From an uncultured Candidatus Saccharibacteria bacterium (GTDB taxonomy: Bacteria > Patescibacteriota > Minisyncoccia > UBA6257), in contig CAYZJA010000001.1 of the NCBI GenBank assembly GCA_964479005.1, forward strand, positions 64,001-128,000: a stretch of 64,000 bases of DNA. The letters run 5' to 3'. Shown here one piece after another: positions 1-9,367 of the stretch. Position 1 is the stretch's first letter; the number at the start of each line of letters is the position of its first letter. The notes beneath the pieces are model-generated. The model had not been told where the DNA came from. It saw only the letters and a list, made by a program, of their open reading frames with translations, and made no database searches. Position numbers and translations under genes: made by a program.

Positions 1-311
1 GAGATGGTTATGTTTTAATTTTTAAACCAACATTACCTGATAAAAGCGGAGAAGTTAAAGGTAATGTAGATGCGGATTTAGTCTTACAAGCAATGGTTGA
101 TTATAAGAAATATGATAAAGCCGTAATTGTTACAAGCGACGGAGATTTTTATTCTTTAATTAAACATTTATACAAAAATAAAAAGCTTATATGTGTAATA
201 AGCCCATATGTCAAAACTTGTTCTGTTTTATTAAAAAAGACGGCAAAAGAGAAGATATTCTTTATGGCTAATTTAAGAAAAAAACTTGAATATAAAGAAA
301 AACACCGCTAA
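1..311 (+). CDS. NYN/LabA-like (PIN-like) domain protein, 5' end cut by window edge
   Basis: The frame is open from position 3. Motif GNVDADLVLQAM...VIVTSDGDF...LICVISP is typical of NYN nuclease domains. Confidence 0.5.
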   Translation, partial: DGYVLIFKPTLPDKSGEVKGNVDADLVLQAMVDYKKYDKAVIVTSDGDFYSLIKHLYKNKKLICVISPYVKTCSVLLKKTAKEKIFFMANLRKKLEYKEKHR

Positions 312-439
312 GGGACAAAACCCATAGAGGTGTTTTTCATGTGTATTCTGATTAAATTATAGCGAAAATACGCCCATTGTCAAGTACTACTTATTCACAA
401 GAGATTATTTAAAAATTAATAATTTATTAATGCAATAAA

Positions 440-1456
440 ATGAGTTTAAAAATAACTAAAATATTGTCTAAAAACTGGCTTTCTAATAAACAATGGGGGG
501 AGATTTTGCGTCAGAAAGATAAAACAAATTTTAAGGTAAAAATTGGTCATATTGATCCAAGGCGTCTTGCTGATCCTAATTTTATCAATCGCAGGGTTTT
601 TTCAGAAAGTAAAACCAAAGAAACGATTATAATTGGTTCAGAGCATCCACACGGTCCAAAGATATGGGAAAGAGCTCAGCAGGAAGCTTCAAAAATGGTG
701 GAAGAGTGCGCTCAAGCATTTGGGCAAGCAGATCTTATTCAGAAAGCGCAGGAATTGAAAGAGCAAAGTGGCGAGGCAATAAAAACCTTGAAACAAGATG
801 ATTTACTTGCTCCTGTATCAGAAAAATTTGATTATCATAGTTTTATTATCATTACAGAGTGTACTGATGAGAAAACAGCTAAACAAACCTTGGAAAACCG
901 TTATTTAGTGCCAACCCATGGTTTTTTAGATGCTCCTGTTCCAGGAATGAATATACCGGGAATGAGTGATAAAACTACTCTAAGAGAACTCTTAAAGACT
1001 GATATGATGAAGGATTATATAACCAAAGAACAGATTAAGGAGATGGAGAAAGCAATGGAGGAGGTAAAGGGTAAATTTCCCAAAGATGTTAAGATTCGCA
1101 AGGGGAAATATCAAGGATTTGATGTTGTATTTCTTGAAGGCAAGAATAAGAGTTCTGTTGTTTCTTACATTAAAGAAAGTAAAGACAGGAATAAGGTTTT
1201 TGATATGGTAAGAGCAGGACGTTTTATTGTGTCAGGCACTTTATTGCGAATAATTAATAGTTTTCCATTAGGAAGTACTCCTTGTGATTCTTTAACAAAA
1301 TTCAAAACAAAAACCACAACTTACGAAATAGGAGGAGAGACTTTCACTACTAAAGAGATTTATCCCATCAAAAGCACCCTTTCTAAGGAGGGTTATCTTT
1401 ATAAAGAAGAAGTTGATAAAATATTCAAATCTATTTTCTCGGCAATTAAAGGATAG
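440..1456 (+). CDS. hypothetical protein (338 aa)
   Basis: Long ORF with no recognisable conserved motif; part of the accessory island. Confidence 0.4.
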   Translation: MSLKITKILSKNWLSNKQWGEILRQKDKTNFKVKIGHIDPRRLADPNFINRRVFSESKTKETIIIGSEHPHGPKIWERAQQEASKMVEECAQAFGQADLIQKAQELKEQSGEAIKTLKQDDLLAPVSEKFDYHSFIIITECTDEKTAKQTLENRYLVPTHGFLDAPVPGMNIPGMSDKTTLRELLKTDMMKDYITKEQIKEMEKAMEEVKGKFPKDVKIRKGKYQGFDVVFLEGKNKSSVVSYIKESKDRNKVFDMVRAGRFIVSGTLLRIINSFPLGSTPCDSLTKFKTKTTTYEIGGETFTTKEIYPIKSTLSKEGYLYKEEVDKIFKSIFSAIKG

Positions 1457-1860
1457 ATTATTTTTTTTAAAGATAGTGAAAAATGCTATAATAAAATAAG
1501 GAGGAAAATTCAGTTCCTCCTTTACCTATAGATATTATTCGTAAATGGCGATGGAGAGAAAAACAAAAAGTTATACTTAAAATAAACGAAAAAAAGAAAA
1601 CAATTACTATCAGCGATTGGAAACCAAAGAGTTAATCTATTCTGTCATCCTGAAGTGAGGCGAGGAGATATTGTTTTAAAAACACGCTAATCGCTATAGT
1701 TTTTTTCAACAACATCTCCTCACCTTTAAACCTTTAAACCTTAACAATATAACAATTTAAAACCATGCCCCACCGTATTTAGGTGGTTTTTATTTATGGA
1801 TTTAAAATAAATATATGAAAAATCTTGATTAGCAATAAGAATAATTAATAAGCTAAATCA

Positions 1861-2976
1861 ATGGATAAAATAAGAAAAATTTTTATTGTTGTAGCAGGCG
1901 GTAATCCAGAGGCTCAAAAACACTTTGAAGATACAATTAAACGGAAAAGAACACTTAGGGAAGTTCGACAGTCTTTGCCTGCGTCAGAAATAGAAAATCT
2001 GAAGAATATTTATCATGATGCTGCATTTATTGTTTGGGGTTCTGTTCCAGGAAAAATGAATGAACCTCGATGGGAGAAAATGGATGTTGGTGATATTGTT
2101 TTAATTTACAATAAAGGATTTATAAAATTTATTGGTGAAGTTGCTGCGAAGGTACGCAATAAAGAATTAGCGCGTTATTTTTGGAAAGAAACAGAAGAGC
2201 GCAAAACTTGGGAATTAATGTATTTTATAGTTAACGATGAAAAAATTAATGTCCCTATAGAAGAGATTAATAAACTTTTCGGATTTAAGGAAAGATATAT
2301 ACCACGAGGATTTAATATGGTAAATGAAAAAGCCGTTATAGATTCTATGAAGAAGTACGGCGATATTCGAGGAGTATTAAAAACTTTAGAAAGAGGTCAA
2401 CGACTTATTCAAATTCCTGAGAAGCAAAATATTATCTACGAAGCTGAAGAAAAAATTAAACATGTTACTACAGAACATGATGAAATGCAGTGGCGTTTAA
2501 TTCATTTAGGAGGACTAGCAAAATGCGATATTTGGGTTCCTAAGAACGATCAAACGCATCAATATGAGGGACGTCGATTTAAGGATTTTGTTTTACCTGA
2601 ATTTCACCAGACATTAGATGTACCGCTTACAATAAAAAATATTGATGTAGTGTGGAAATTTGGACCTTATTCGATAAAATCAGCCTTTGAGATCGAACAT
2701 TCTACTCAAGTTTATTCCGGAATATTGCGTCTTTCAGATCTACGTGCAGCAAATCCAAATTCAAATTACCCGCTTTTTATAGTAGCTCCTGAGGAACGTA
2801 AAAGAAAGGTTTTTGATGAACTAAGGCGCCCAACTTTTTCGAGCCCATGTTTAAGATTAAATGAAGTAATTAAATTTTTAGGATATAAAACAATTAGAGA
2901 AATTGATAAATCTATAGAAGGTCAAAATGAATTTGATAGCAATGTTTTATTTTCTGCAGGAGAAAAAATAGTATAA
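1861..2976 (+). CDS. hypothetical protein; the C-terminal region has a nuclease-like D..ExE/K pattern (DVVW...FEIEHST)
   Basis: 371-aa ORF. The C-terminal segment resembles a PD-(D/E)xK-type core, but this is weak. Confidence 0.35.
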   Translation: MDKIRKIFIVVAGGNPEAQKHFEDTIKRKRTLREVRQSLPASEIENLKNIYHDAAFIVWGSVPGKMNEPRWEKMDVGDIVLIYNKGFIKFIGEVAAKVRNKELARYFWKETEERKTWELMYFIVNDEKINVPIEEINKLFGFKERYIPRGFNMVNEKAVIDSMKKYGDIRGVLKTLERGQRLIQIPEKQNIIYEAEEKIKHVTTEHDEMQWRLIHLGGLAKCDIWVPKNDQTHQYEGRRFKDFVLPEFHQTLDVPLTIKNIDVVWKFGPYSIKSAFEIEHSTQVYSGILRLSDLRAANPNSNYPLFIVAPEERKRKVFDELRRPTFSSPCLRLNEVIKFLGYKTIREIDKSIEGQNEFDSNVLFSAGEKIV

Positions 2977-3000
2977 TTTATAATGCTATTAAAGAAATTC

Positions 3001-3030
3001 AACCAAAAGGTTAAAAATTAATTAAAAAAT
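3001..3030 (+). promoter_or_regulatory. copy of the conserved upstream motif (aaccaaaaggttaaaaattaattaaaaaat)
   Basis: Ends directly at the ATG of the gene at 3031. Confidence 0.5.
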
Positions 3031-3906
3031 ATGAAAAGAATATTTTATATTATAGGTGGGATAATTGTTTTAATTATCATTATTATCACAAGTAGTGGAG
3101 GTAAAAGGAGTGGAATAAAATCAGAAGAACTCACCGCTGGAGTCATTGTTGGGGATAAATTATTGGTTGAAGAAGAAAAAACTTATTTAGTGACAAAAGT
3201 AATAGATGGAGATACTATTACTATAGAAGGTGGTGAGGTAATTCGTTATATTGGGATTGATACTCCTGAAACTGTTCATCCTTCAAAACCAGTGGAATGT
3301 TTTGGAAAAGAAGCTTCTAGTAAAAATAAAGAGTTAGTTGATGGGAAGAGGGTAAAATTAGGAAAAGATGTTTCGGAAACAGATAGATATGGACGTCTTC
3401 TTCGTTATGTTTGGGTTGGCGATATTTTTGTAAATGATTATCTTGTAAGGCAAGGTTATGCTTATGCTTATACATATCCTCCTGATGTAAAATATTCTGA
3501 ACAATTTGTTCAAGCCCAACAAGAGGCAAGAGAAAATAATAGGGGGCTATGGGAAGGTTGTCCAGTTACATCTACAGAATATCCTACTACAACCATAATA
3601 ACTCAAGTTGTACCACCAACTACGACAACTACAATAGTAGCCCCCACTACTACAACAACCACAATAGTAGCTCCTACCACTACAACAATCACAACATTGC
3701 CACCTACGACTACTACTGTACCTCCCACTACTACCATTACTTATTTTACCGAGGAAATAATTTGTTCTTATAATGCTTATAATTGTTCTAATTTTTCTAC
3801 TCATGCCGAAGCTCAAGAAGCCTATGAATTCTGCGGTGGAGTTAGTAATGATATCCATCGACTTGATAGAGATAAAGATGGACTAGCATGCGAAAGTTTA
3901 CCTTAG
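3031..3906 (+). CDS. membrane-anchored thermonuclease (SNase family) with a Thr/Pro-rich linker and C-terminal excalibur Ca-binding domain
   Basis: N-terminal TM helix. SNase core DGDTI...GIDTPE...RYGRLL...GLWE. TTTT(I)VAP repeats. C-terminal DRDKDGLACE excalibur motif. Confidence 0.8.
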   Translation: MKRIFYIIGGIIVLIIIIITSSGGKRSGIKSEELTAGVIVGDKLLVEEEKTYLVTKVIDGDTITIEGGEVIRYIGIDTPETVHPSKPVECFGKEASSKNKELVDGKRVKLGKDVSETDRYGRLLRYVWVGDIFVNDYLVRQGYAYAYTYPPDVKYSEQFVQAQQEARENNRGLWEGCPVTSTEYPTTTIITQVVPPTTTTTIVAPTTTTTTIVAPTTTTITTLPPTTTTVPPTTTITYFTEEIICSYNAYNCSNFSTHAEAQEAYEFCGGVSNDIHRLDRDKDGLACESLP

Positions 3907-3939
3907 AAGAATTTATGACTTATTCAAATTTAATTTTGT

Positions 3940-3970
3940 AAAACGTCAAAAATTAATTAAAAAATAAAAT
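3940..3970 (+). promoter_or_regulatory. copy of the conserved upstream motif (aaaacgtcaaaaattaattaaaaaataaaat)
   Basis: 1 nt upstream of the ATG at 3972. Confidence 0.5.
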
Positions 3971-3971
3971 T

Positions 3972-5807
3972 ATGGTGAAGGAAAAAGGGAAAAAGAAAGA
4001 ATATCCTAGTGAAACAGCTGTTCAGCTGATTCCTCATTTAAGCGAAGGCACATATACCACTTTTGCAAAAGCAGCAAAGGAATTGGTTATTAATGCATTC
4101 GATGCTAACGCATCGGAGATTCGTATAGATTTTGATAAAGATTTTTCAAGCCTTATATTACTTGATGACGGAGATGGGATGTCATCGAAGAAGTTCAAAA
4201 CAGAATTTCTCCGTATAGCGGGGTCAAAAAGACGGCTAGAATCTCAAAAGAGAAAATACAATAGACCGATGGTGGGAAGATTTGGAATAGGCTTTCTTTC
4301 TGTAGCGAGATTGTGTAAAACCGTTAAAGTTTATTCAAAAGAAAAAGGGAATAATTTTGGCATTGCTAGAGAAATACCCTTGGAGCATCTTTTTGATAAA
4401 GGTAATCAATTAAAGAATTTAAAGGAACAATATTATTTTTATTCTTTACCCGACTTTAGAGATGATAAAAAGAAAAGCTATACGAAAATAATCCTCAGCG
4501 GGCTCCGTCAGGATATTCAGGAAGACCTAAAGTCCGCAAAGAAATTCAAGAAAGTTTGGGGTAGGGTGGATGATCTTTGCGGAATTGAGAAATTTAAGTG
4601 GGAATTAGGCATACTCTCACCTGTGAAATATTTTAATAATTTTCCAGTGCACAGACTATCTAATAGTCAAATTGAACGAGCTAAACAAGAATTAGATAAA
4701 TTTAGTTTTAGAGTTTTTGTTAATAAAAATGAAATATTGAAACCAATTTGTTTAGGATACCATTATTTTACTAACGCTAAATGGGAATATCTTACTAAGG
4801 CTGTACCGAGAAATCATTGTGGTATTATCCCAATCATGTCTCCTCCGGGAGAAAAATTTAAATTTTATGGTTATATTTATAATCAAACTAAACAAATTCA
4901 GCCCTCTTCGCTTAGAGGTATTCTTTTGTGCATTAATCACATTGGCATAAAAGGCTACAGTAAGTCATTATTTGAATTTCCTAAAAACATAGGACCTATT
5001 CTTTCAGCAATTAGTGGAGAGATTTTTCTTGACCCTGCTTTCGAAGAAATACTGACTATTGATAAAGATGATTTTAAGGAAGACCATCCATTATTTAAGA
5101 ATTTAGCAGGTTATATTCATAATGCCATAGATGAAGTTGCTGCTAACTCTCGAAAAAGATCCAGTAGGATTAAAGCAAAAAAGAAGGAAGTTGCAAGAAT
5201 AAAAGACTTAGATCTTTCTTCGGAGGAAGTAAAACAAGCACAGAAGATTTTAGGCAAAAAAGAATTCAAACAAGAATATTTCCCGAATCCCGATATTTCA
5301 ATAAGAACAAATATCAAAAATTTAAAGACTCGAGTAAGAAATTTGGTCGGGAAGACCATAGACCAAGACGAGGCAAGCTATTTAATAGAATCTCTCGAAT
5401 GTTTTGAGGCGGATTGTTTCAGGGGGTCTATATTAATGGCATGGAATACAGGGATGTTTCGTATTCACCGAAAGATAGCAAAAAATATAGGGTTTGCTAA
5501 ATTTCAGAGCGAAATTATAAAGATGAGAACTTCATTACAAACACCACAAGCTCAAAAAAGCAGGCTGAAAAATTGTAATTGCTTAGATGATTTGAAGTAC
5601 TATAATGAAGAAATGATTTGTAGACTTTTGAAAAAAATTCAGTTAATGGACAGCATCACGGCGAAATTATTTTATGAAGTACTAATCAAGATAAGGCATT
5701 ATTGCGCACATCCTACTGGGCACAGAGCAACTGATGGAGAGGCTATTTTTATGATTCAGTCTGTCTTAGATAGAATTTTGAATAGTAATAGGTTTATTAT
5801 TAAATGA
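3972..5807 (+). CDS. GHKL-type ATPase (HATPase_c/MORC-like Bergerat fold) with a C-terminal HEPN-like domain
   Basis: N-box ELVINAFDA, DDGDGM (G1) and GRFGIGF (G2). The C-terminus carries IRHYCAHP, which matches the HEPN R[NH]xxxH motif. The stop overlaps the next start (ATGA). Confidence 0.55.
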   Translation: MVKEKGKKKEYPSETAVQLIPHLSEGTYTTFAKAAKELVINAFDANASEIRIDFDKDFSSLILLDDGDGMSSKKFKTEFLRIAGSKRRLESQKRKYNRPMVGRFGIGFLSVARLCKTVKVYSKEKGNNFGIAREIPLEHLFDKGNQLKNLKEQYYFYSLPDFRDDKKKSYTKIILSGLRQDIQEDLKSAKKFKKVWGRVDDLCGIEKFKWELGILSPVKYFNNFPVHRLSNSQIERAKQELDKFSFRVFVNKNEILKPICLGYHYFTNAKWEYLTKAVPRNHCGIIPIMSPPGEKFKFYGYIYNQTKQIQPSSLRGILLCINHIGIKGYSKSLFEFPKNIGPILSAISGEIFLDPAFEEILTIDKDDFKEDHPLFKNLAGYIHNAIDEVAANSRKRSSRIKAKKKEVARIKDLDLSSEEVKQAQKILGKKEFKQEYFPNPDISIRTNIKNLKTRVRNLVGKTIDQDEASYLIESLECFEADCFRGSILMAWNTGMFRIHRKIAKNIGFAKFQSEIIKMRTSLQTPQAQKSRLKNCNCLDDLKYYNEEMICRLLKKIQLMDSITAKLFYEVLIKIRHYCAHPTGHRATDGEAIFMIQSVLDRILNSNRFIIK

Positions 5808-6940
5808 CAAAAATCCTATTAGTAGAACCAAATTTTCCTATACCACCTAAAAGTAAAAATCATAGGGATTTTTTACCTATTGGATTATTAAAACTAGCAA
5901 ACTATCACAGAGGAAAGGGGGATAAAATTAAACTTGTTAGGGGAAATTATTATTTCCCCGATTTTTATCCCAGTCAGGTAAAAATAACTTCGCTTTTTAC
6001 ATATTGGTCTAATTATGTGTGGGAAAGTGTAAAATTCTACAAAGAAAACTATCCGAAAGCCAAAGTGATAGTTGGCGGCATTTATGCATCGTTAATGCCG
6101 GAGCATTGCAAAAAATCAGGTTGCGACGAAGTATTCATTGGAGTGGATAAGAACGCTGAAAAGTATGAACCAGCCTATGATTTGGTAAATGTAGATTACC
6201 AGATAATGCATACAAGCAGAGGTTGTATTAGAAGATGCAAGTTTTGCGGCACATGGAAGATAGAGCCGGAATTCAAATATAAAAAAAGCATAAAAGACGA
6301 GATTTGTAGCAATCGAATAATCTTTTATGATAATAATCTCTTAGCCAATCCTTATATAAAAAATATTTTTGAAGAGCTAAAGAATTCTAAATATAATGGC
6401 AGGGTTGTATATTCTGAAAGTCAATGTGGCATTGATGGTAGATTGCTTACGCCAAAACTAGCGAAATTGCTAAAACAAGCGAGATTTCTGAATCCGAGAA
6501 TTGCATGGGATCATAGTTATGGTCAGCGAAAAATGATAAAAAAACAAATTGATATGTTGGTAGATGTCGGTTATCCCGTTAAAGACATCTATATTTTCAT
6601 GATCTATAATTTTGAACAAGATTATTATGAAATGCTGAATAAACTTAGGCAATGCAAAAAATGGGGTGTCCAGATTGCGGATTGTAGATATCGACCCTTG
6701 GATCAAACTTTTGATAATTATAATCCTCGAATAAGCCAGACAAATAAAGATTATTATATTCATTCTAAATGGAGTGATAGGCAAATTAAACTTTTCAGAA
6801 AGAAAGTCAGACAACAGAATATTATGATAAGACATGGGTTTGATTTTTACAGTAAAGAGTTGGAAAGATTGGGGACGAAGAAAAGAAATAAAAAAAATAG
6901 TGTCAAATCTATCCTAAATAACCAAAAGGTCAAAAATTAA
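5804..6940 (+). CDS. radical SAM enzyme with an N-terminal B12-binding-like domain
   Basis: CIRRCKFC (CxxxCxxC) follows a Rossmann-like N-terminal domain (KILLVEP...LPIGLLKLANY). Start overlaps the upstream stop by 4 nt. Confidence 0.6.
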   Translation: MTKILLVEPNFPIPPKSKNHRDFLPIGLLKLANYHRGKGDKIKLVRGNYYFPDFYPSQVKITSLFTYWSNYVWESVKFYKENYPKAKVIVGGIYASLMPEHCKKSGCDEVFIGVDKNAEKYEPAYDLVNVDYQIMHTSRGCIRRCKFCGTWKIEPEFKYKKSIKDEICSNRIIFYDNNLLANPYIKNIFEELKNSKYNGRVVYSESQCGIDGRLLTPKLAKLLKQARFLNPRIAWDHSYGQRKMIKKQIDMLVDVGYPVKDIYIFMIYNFEQDYYEMLNKLRQCKKWGVQIADCRYRPLDQTFDNYNPRISQTNKDYYIHSKWSDRQIKLFRKKVRQQNIMIRHGFDFYSKELERLGTKKRNKKNSVKSILNNQKVKN

Positions 6941-6954
6941 TTGAAAAATAAAAA
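6921..6954 (+). promoter_or_regulatory. copy of the conserved upstream motif (aaccaaaaggtcaaaaattaattgaaaaataaaa)
   Basis: Overlaps the last codons of the radical SAM gene and lies 25 nt upstream of the ATG at 6980. Confidence 0.5.
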
Positions 6955-6979
6955 TTAGGAATAGAAGGCGGAAATTATT

Positions 6980-8296
6980 ATGGGAAAAGAAGAAACAAAA
7001 AAAGAAGAAATGAAACCATGTCCTTTATGTGGGACAATGCTTTTATATGATAAATGGTTACAAGTAGTAGGTGTATATGAAGAACAGCAGAAATATAAAA
7101 AACAATTGGAATTAGAATTAAGCAAAGCCAAAAAGCAAGAATTAAAGCTAAAAGAAGAATATAAAAAAATTCGTCAGAAAGAAAAAGAAATACGGACTCA
7201 GTACGCTCTTAAAAAATCAAAACTTAGCCAGCAGCATAAAACGCAATTAGAAAAACTCCAAAAAAGATTTGAAAAAGAAAAACGAAAAGTGCTGAATCAG
7301 GCTAAAAAGGAAGGCATTAAAATCGGTTTTGAGAAAGAACAAGCAAGATTAAAAAAGCTCAAACAACAACAAAAGAAGATCAAAAAGCAATTAGAAAGAC
7401 AAAAACAAATAGAATTAAAACGAATTTATCGTAAAGGAATTGGAATGGGGGAAGAAAAACAGAAAGCAAGAACAGAAAAAGTAAGTCTGATGGCTGAGAG
7501 ACGTCGTAAAGAAAGGGACAAAGCAATGGAGAAAGTAAAACAACTTGAGGAAATGATGAAACAAGGTACAACACCACAGATAGAAGGGTTTAATTTTGAG
7601 AAAGAGTTTGCTAAGCAACTCAAGCAAAAATTTCCAGAGGATGACATAAAGCCAACTGGACATAAGGGGGATATTATCCATACAGTTCAAGCAAAAGAGG
7701 AGAAAATTGGAAAAATTATCTATGAGTGCAAAAAAACTAAAGAATTCGAAAACAAATTTATTGAACAAATTCGACGAGATAAAACTAGAGTAATTGCAGA
7801 TTATGGAGTAATTGTTACTTGGACCACAAAAGAGAGTAAGCAGAATTTTTGGTTGGCGGGAGATATAATTATAGTTCATCCCTATGGGGCCTTAGATATA
7901 GCAACACTTCTCCGCGAAACACTGATACAAATGTATACACTTAAGTTATCAAGGGCAGAGTTTGAGACCAAGGGTAAAGCTATTCTTAAATTTATGCAAT
8001 CTGAGGAATTTAGAACAAGAATTCAAAATTCTATTGTTAAAAGCAGAGAAGCTTATGAATCTTTAAAGAAGGAGATTACAACGCATTTTAATACTTGGGA
8101 TAAGAGAGCCAAGATATACGAAAGTATCTATAAAAACACAAATATTATTCAGCGTACCGTTCAATACGTATTACTTTATAGTAAGATTCCTGAAAATTTA
8201 CCCGAAACAAAAGGACTTCCGCCACTCCAAATATTACCCAAAAAAGAATCAAAAGAGCAAGAAAAAGAGCAAAATGAACAAAACAGACAAAAATAA
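6980..8296 (+). CDS. coiled-coil protein with an N-terminal CxxC zinc ribbon and a C-terminal PD-(D/E)xK-like nuclease-fold domain (DUF2130-like architecture)
   Basis: CPLCGT near the N-terminus. About 180 aa of K/E-rich coiled coil. The C-terminus has GDIIH...IIYECKKT, a D...ExK pattern. Confidence 0.4.
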   Translation: MGKEETKKEEMKPCPLCGTMLLYDKWLQVVGVYEEQQKYKKQLELELSKAKKQELKLKEEYKKIRQKEKEIRTQYALKKSKLSQQHKTQLEKLQKRFEKEKRKVLNQAKKEGIKIGFEKEQARLKKLKQQQKKIKKQLERQKQIELKRIYRKGIGMGEEKQKARTEKVSLMAERRRKERDKAMEKVKQLEEMMKQGTTPQIEGFNFEKEFAKQLKQKFPEDDIKPTGHKGDIIHTVQAKEEKIGKIIYECKKTKEFENKFIEQIRRDKTRVIADYGVIVTWTTKESKQNFWLAGDIIIVHPYGALDIATLLRETLIQMYTLKLSRAEFETKGKAILKFMQSEEFRTRIQNSIVKSREAYESLKKEITTHFNTWDKRAKIYESIYKNTNIIQRTVQYVLLYSKIPENLPETKGLPPLQILPKKESKEQEKEQNEQNRQK

Positions 8297-8353
8297 CCAT
8301 TTTTTAGTATAAATTATCTATTTTAAATTTGTGGATTATATAATATTTGTGCC

Positions 8354-9310
8354 ATGGATGATTTATTTTTTCAAGACCAAAAAGACTATAATGAATTTAC
8401 AGTGTTTCAGGATGAAGCAGGATGTAAAGTCTCCAATTATTTTTATCATGGGTTTCTATTTATAGATAATAGATTTGGGAGAGAGATTCTTGATAGTTTA
8501 ATAAATATCAAAAAAGATGAGAATCATAGGTATACAGAAGTCCATTTTACAGATATTAAAGCTGGTAGTAATAAAGAATATGGATATAAGACAAAAATTG
8601 CTCTTGAATGGTTGAATCTAGCAAAAGGATGGTTGTTTAATAGAAAGATTAAATTTTATATTTTAGGAATTAATAAGAATAATTTAGGAAATTTTTGGAA
8701 TAATAATTGGCGATATGAAAAGAATATTTATTTACGATTTTTTGAATTAGGACTTAAGACATCTATGGGCTGGTTTGGGAATGATAAAAGGTTGATTAAA
8801 CCATTAAGAGCATCACATTTATTTTACGAATATGGAAAATATAATGATGACAGAAAGAATAAAGTAATTTGGTTAAGTAAATTCAATTTTGGAAATTTAT
8901 TAACTAATCAAAATATACAGCCAATTTTCTCTGATGAGAAAAAACAACAAAAACAAAATCCGCTACTTGCTGAATTCTCAAATTTAGACCAATTAACAGA
9001 TCTTATACTTGGCGTGACTAAATATAGTTTTATTAACATAAACCTAAAGCATATAGGAAAGCAGGAATGCATTGTTAGCTTTATTGATATAATAGAAAAA
9101 TTTAATAATCAAAAAACCGCTTTTAATACAAACGATGATTTTTATAAGAATTTTTGTCTTAGCTTTTTTCCTAAAAATGAGATAGATAAAAAAGATTTTT
9201 TGGAAAAGACTACAGATTACTATATTAAGACTATAGATAATTTTTACCCTGATAGATTTACATATAGGCAGCAATTAGCCAAAGACAAAAATTTAACACT
9301 TAATTTTTAA
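8354..9310 (+). CDS. hypothetical protein, possibly DUF3800-like
   Basis: N-terminal FTVFQDEAGCK...YFYHGFLFI resembles the DUF3800 DESG start motif. This is weak. Confidence 0.3.
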   Translation: MDDLFFQDQKDYNEFTVFQDEAGCKVSNYFYHGFLFIDNRFGREILDSLINIKKDENHRYTEVHFTDIKAGSNKEYGYKTKIALEWLNLAKGWLFNRKIKFYILGINKNNLGNFWNNNWRYEKNIYLRFFELGLKTSMGWFGNDKRLIKPLRASHLFYEYGKYNDDRKNKVIWLSKFNFGNLLTNQNIQPIFSDEKKQQKQNPLLAEFSNLDQLTDLILGVTKYSFININLKHIGKQECIVSFIDIIEKFNNQKTAFNTNDDFYKNFCLSFFPKNEIDKKDFLEKTTDYYIKTIDNFYPDRFTYRQQLAKDKNLTLNF

Positions 9311-9323
9311 AAACTGAACTTAG

Positions 9324-9356
9324 CAAAAGGTCAAAAATGAATTGAGAAATAATTTA
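9324..9356 (+). promoter_or_regulatory. degenerate copy of the conserved upstream motif (caaaaggtcaaaaatgaattgagaaataattta)
   Basis: 11 nt upstream of the ATG at 9368. Confidence 0.45.
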
Positions 9357-9367
9357 ATTATAAAAAT

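Noticed and set aside
3317-3858. Antisense and alternative-frame ORFs inside the SNase gene (3317-3529 -, 3547-3858 -, 3549-3773 +)
   Set aside because: They lie within the repetitive Thr/Pro-rich coding repeat and the well-supported SNase frame. Their compositions (S/C/Y/N-rich) are frame artefacts of the repeat.
7380-7879. Minus-strand ORFs inside the coiled-coil gene 6980-8296
   Set aside because: They are antisense to a long K/E-rich coding repeat. They are low-complexity F/L/S-rich artefacts with no signals.
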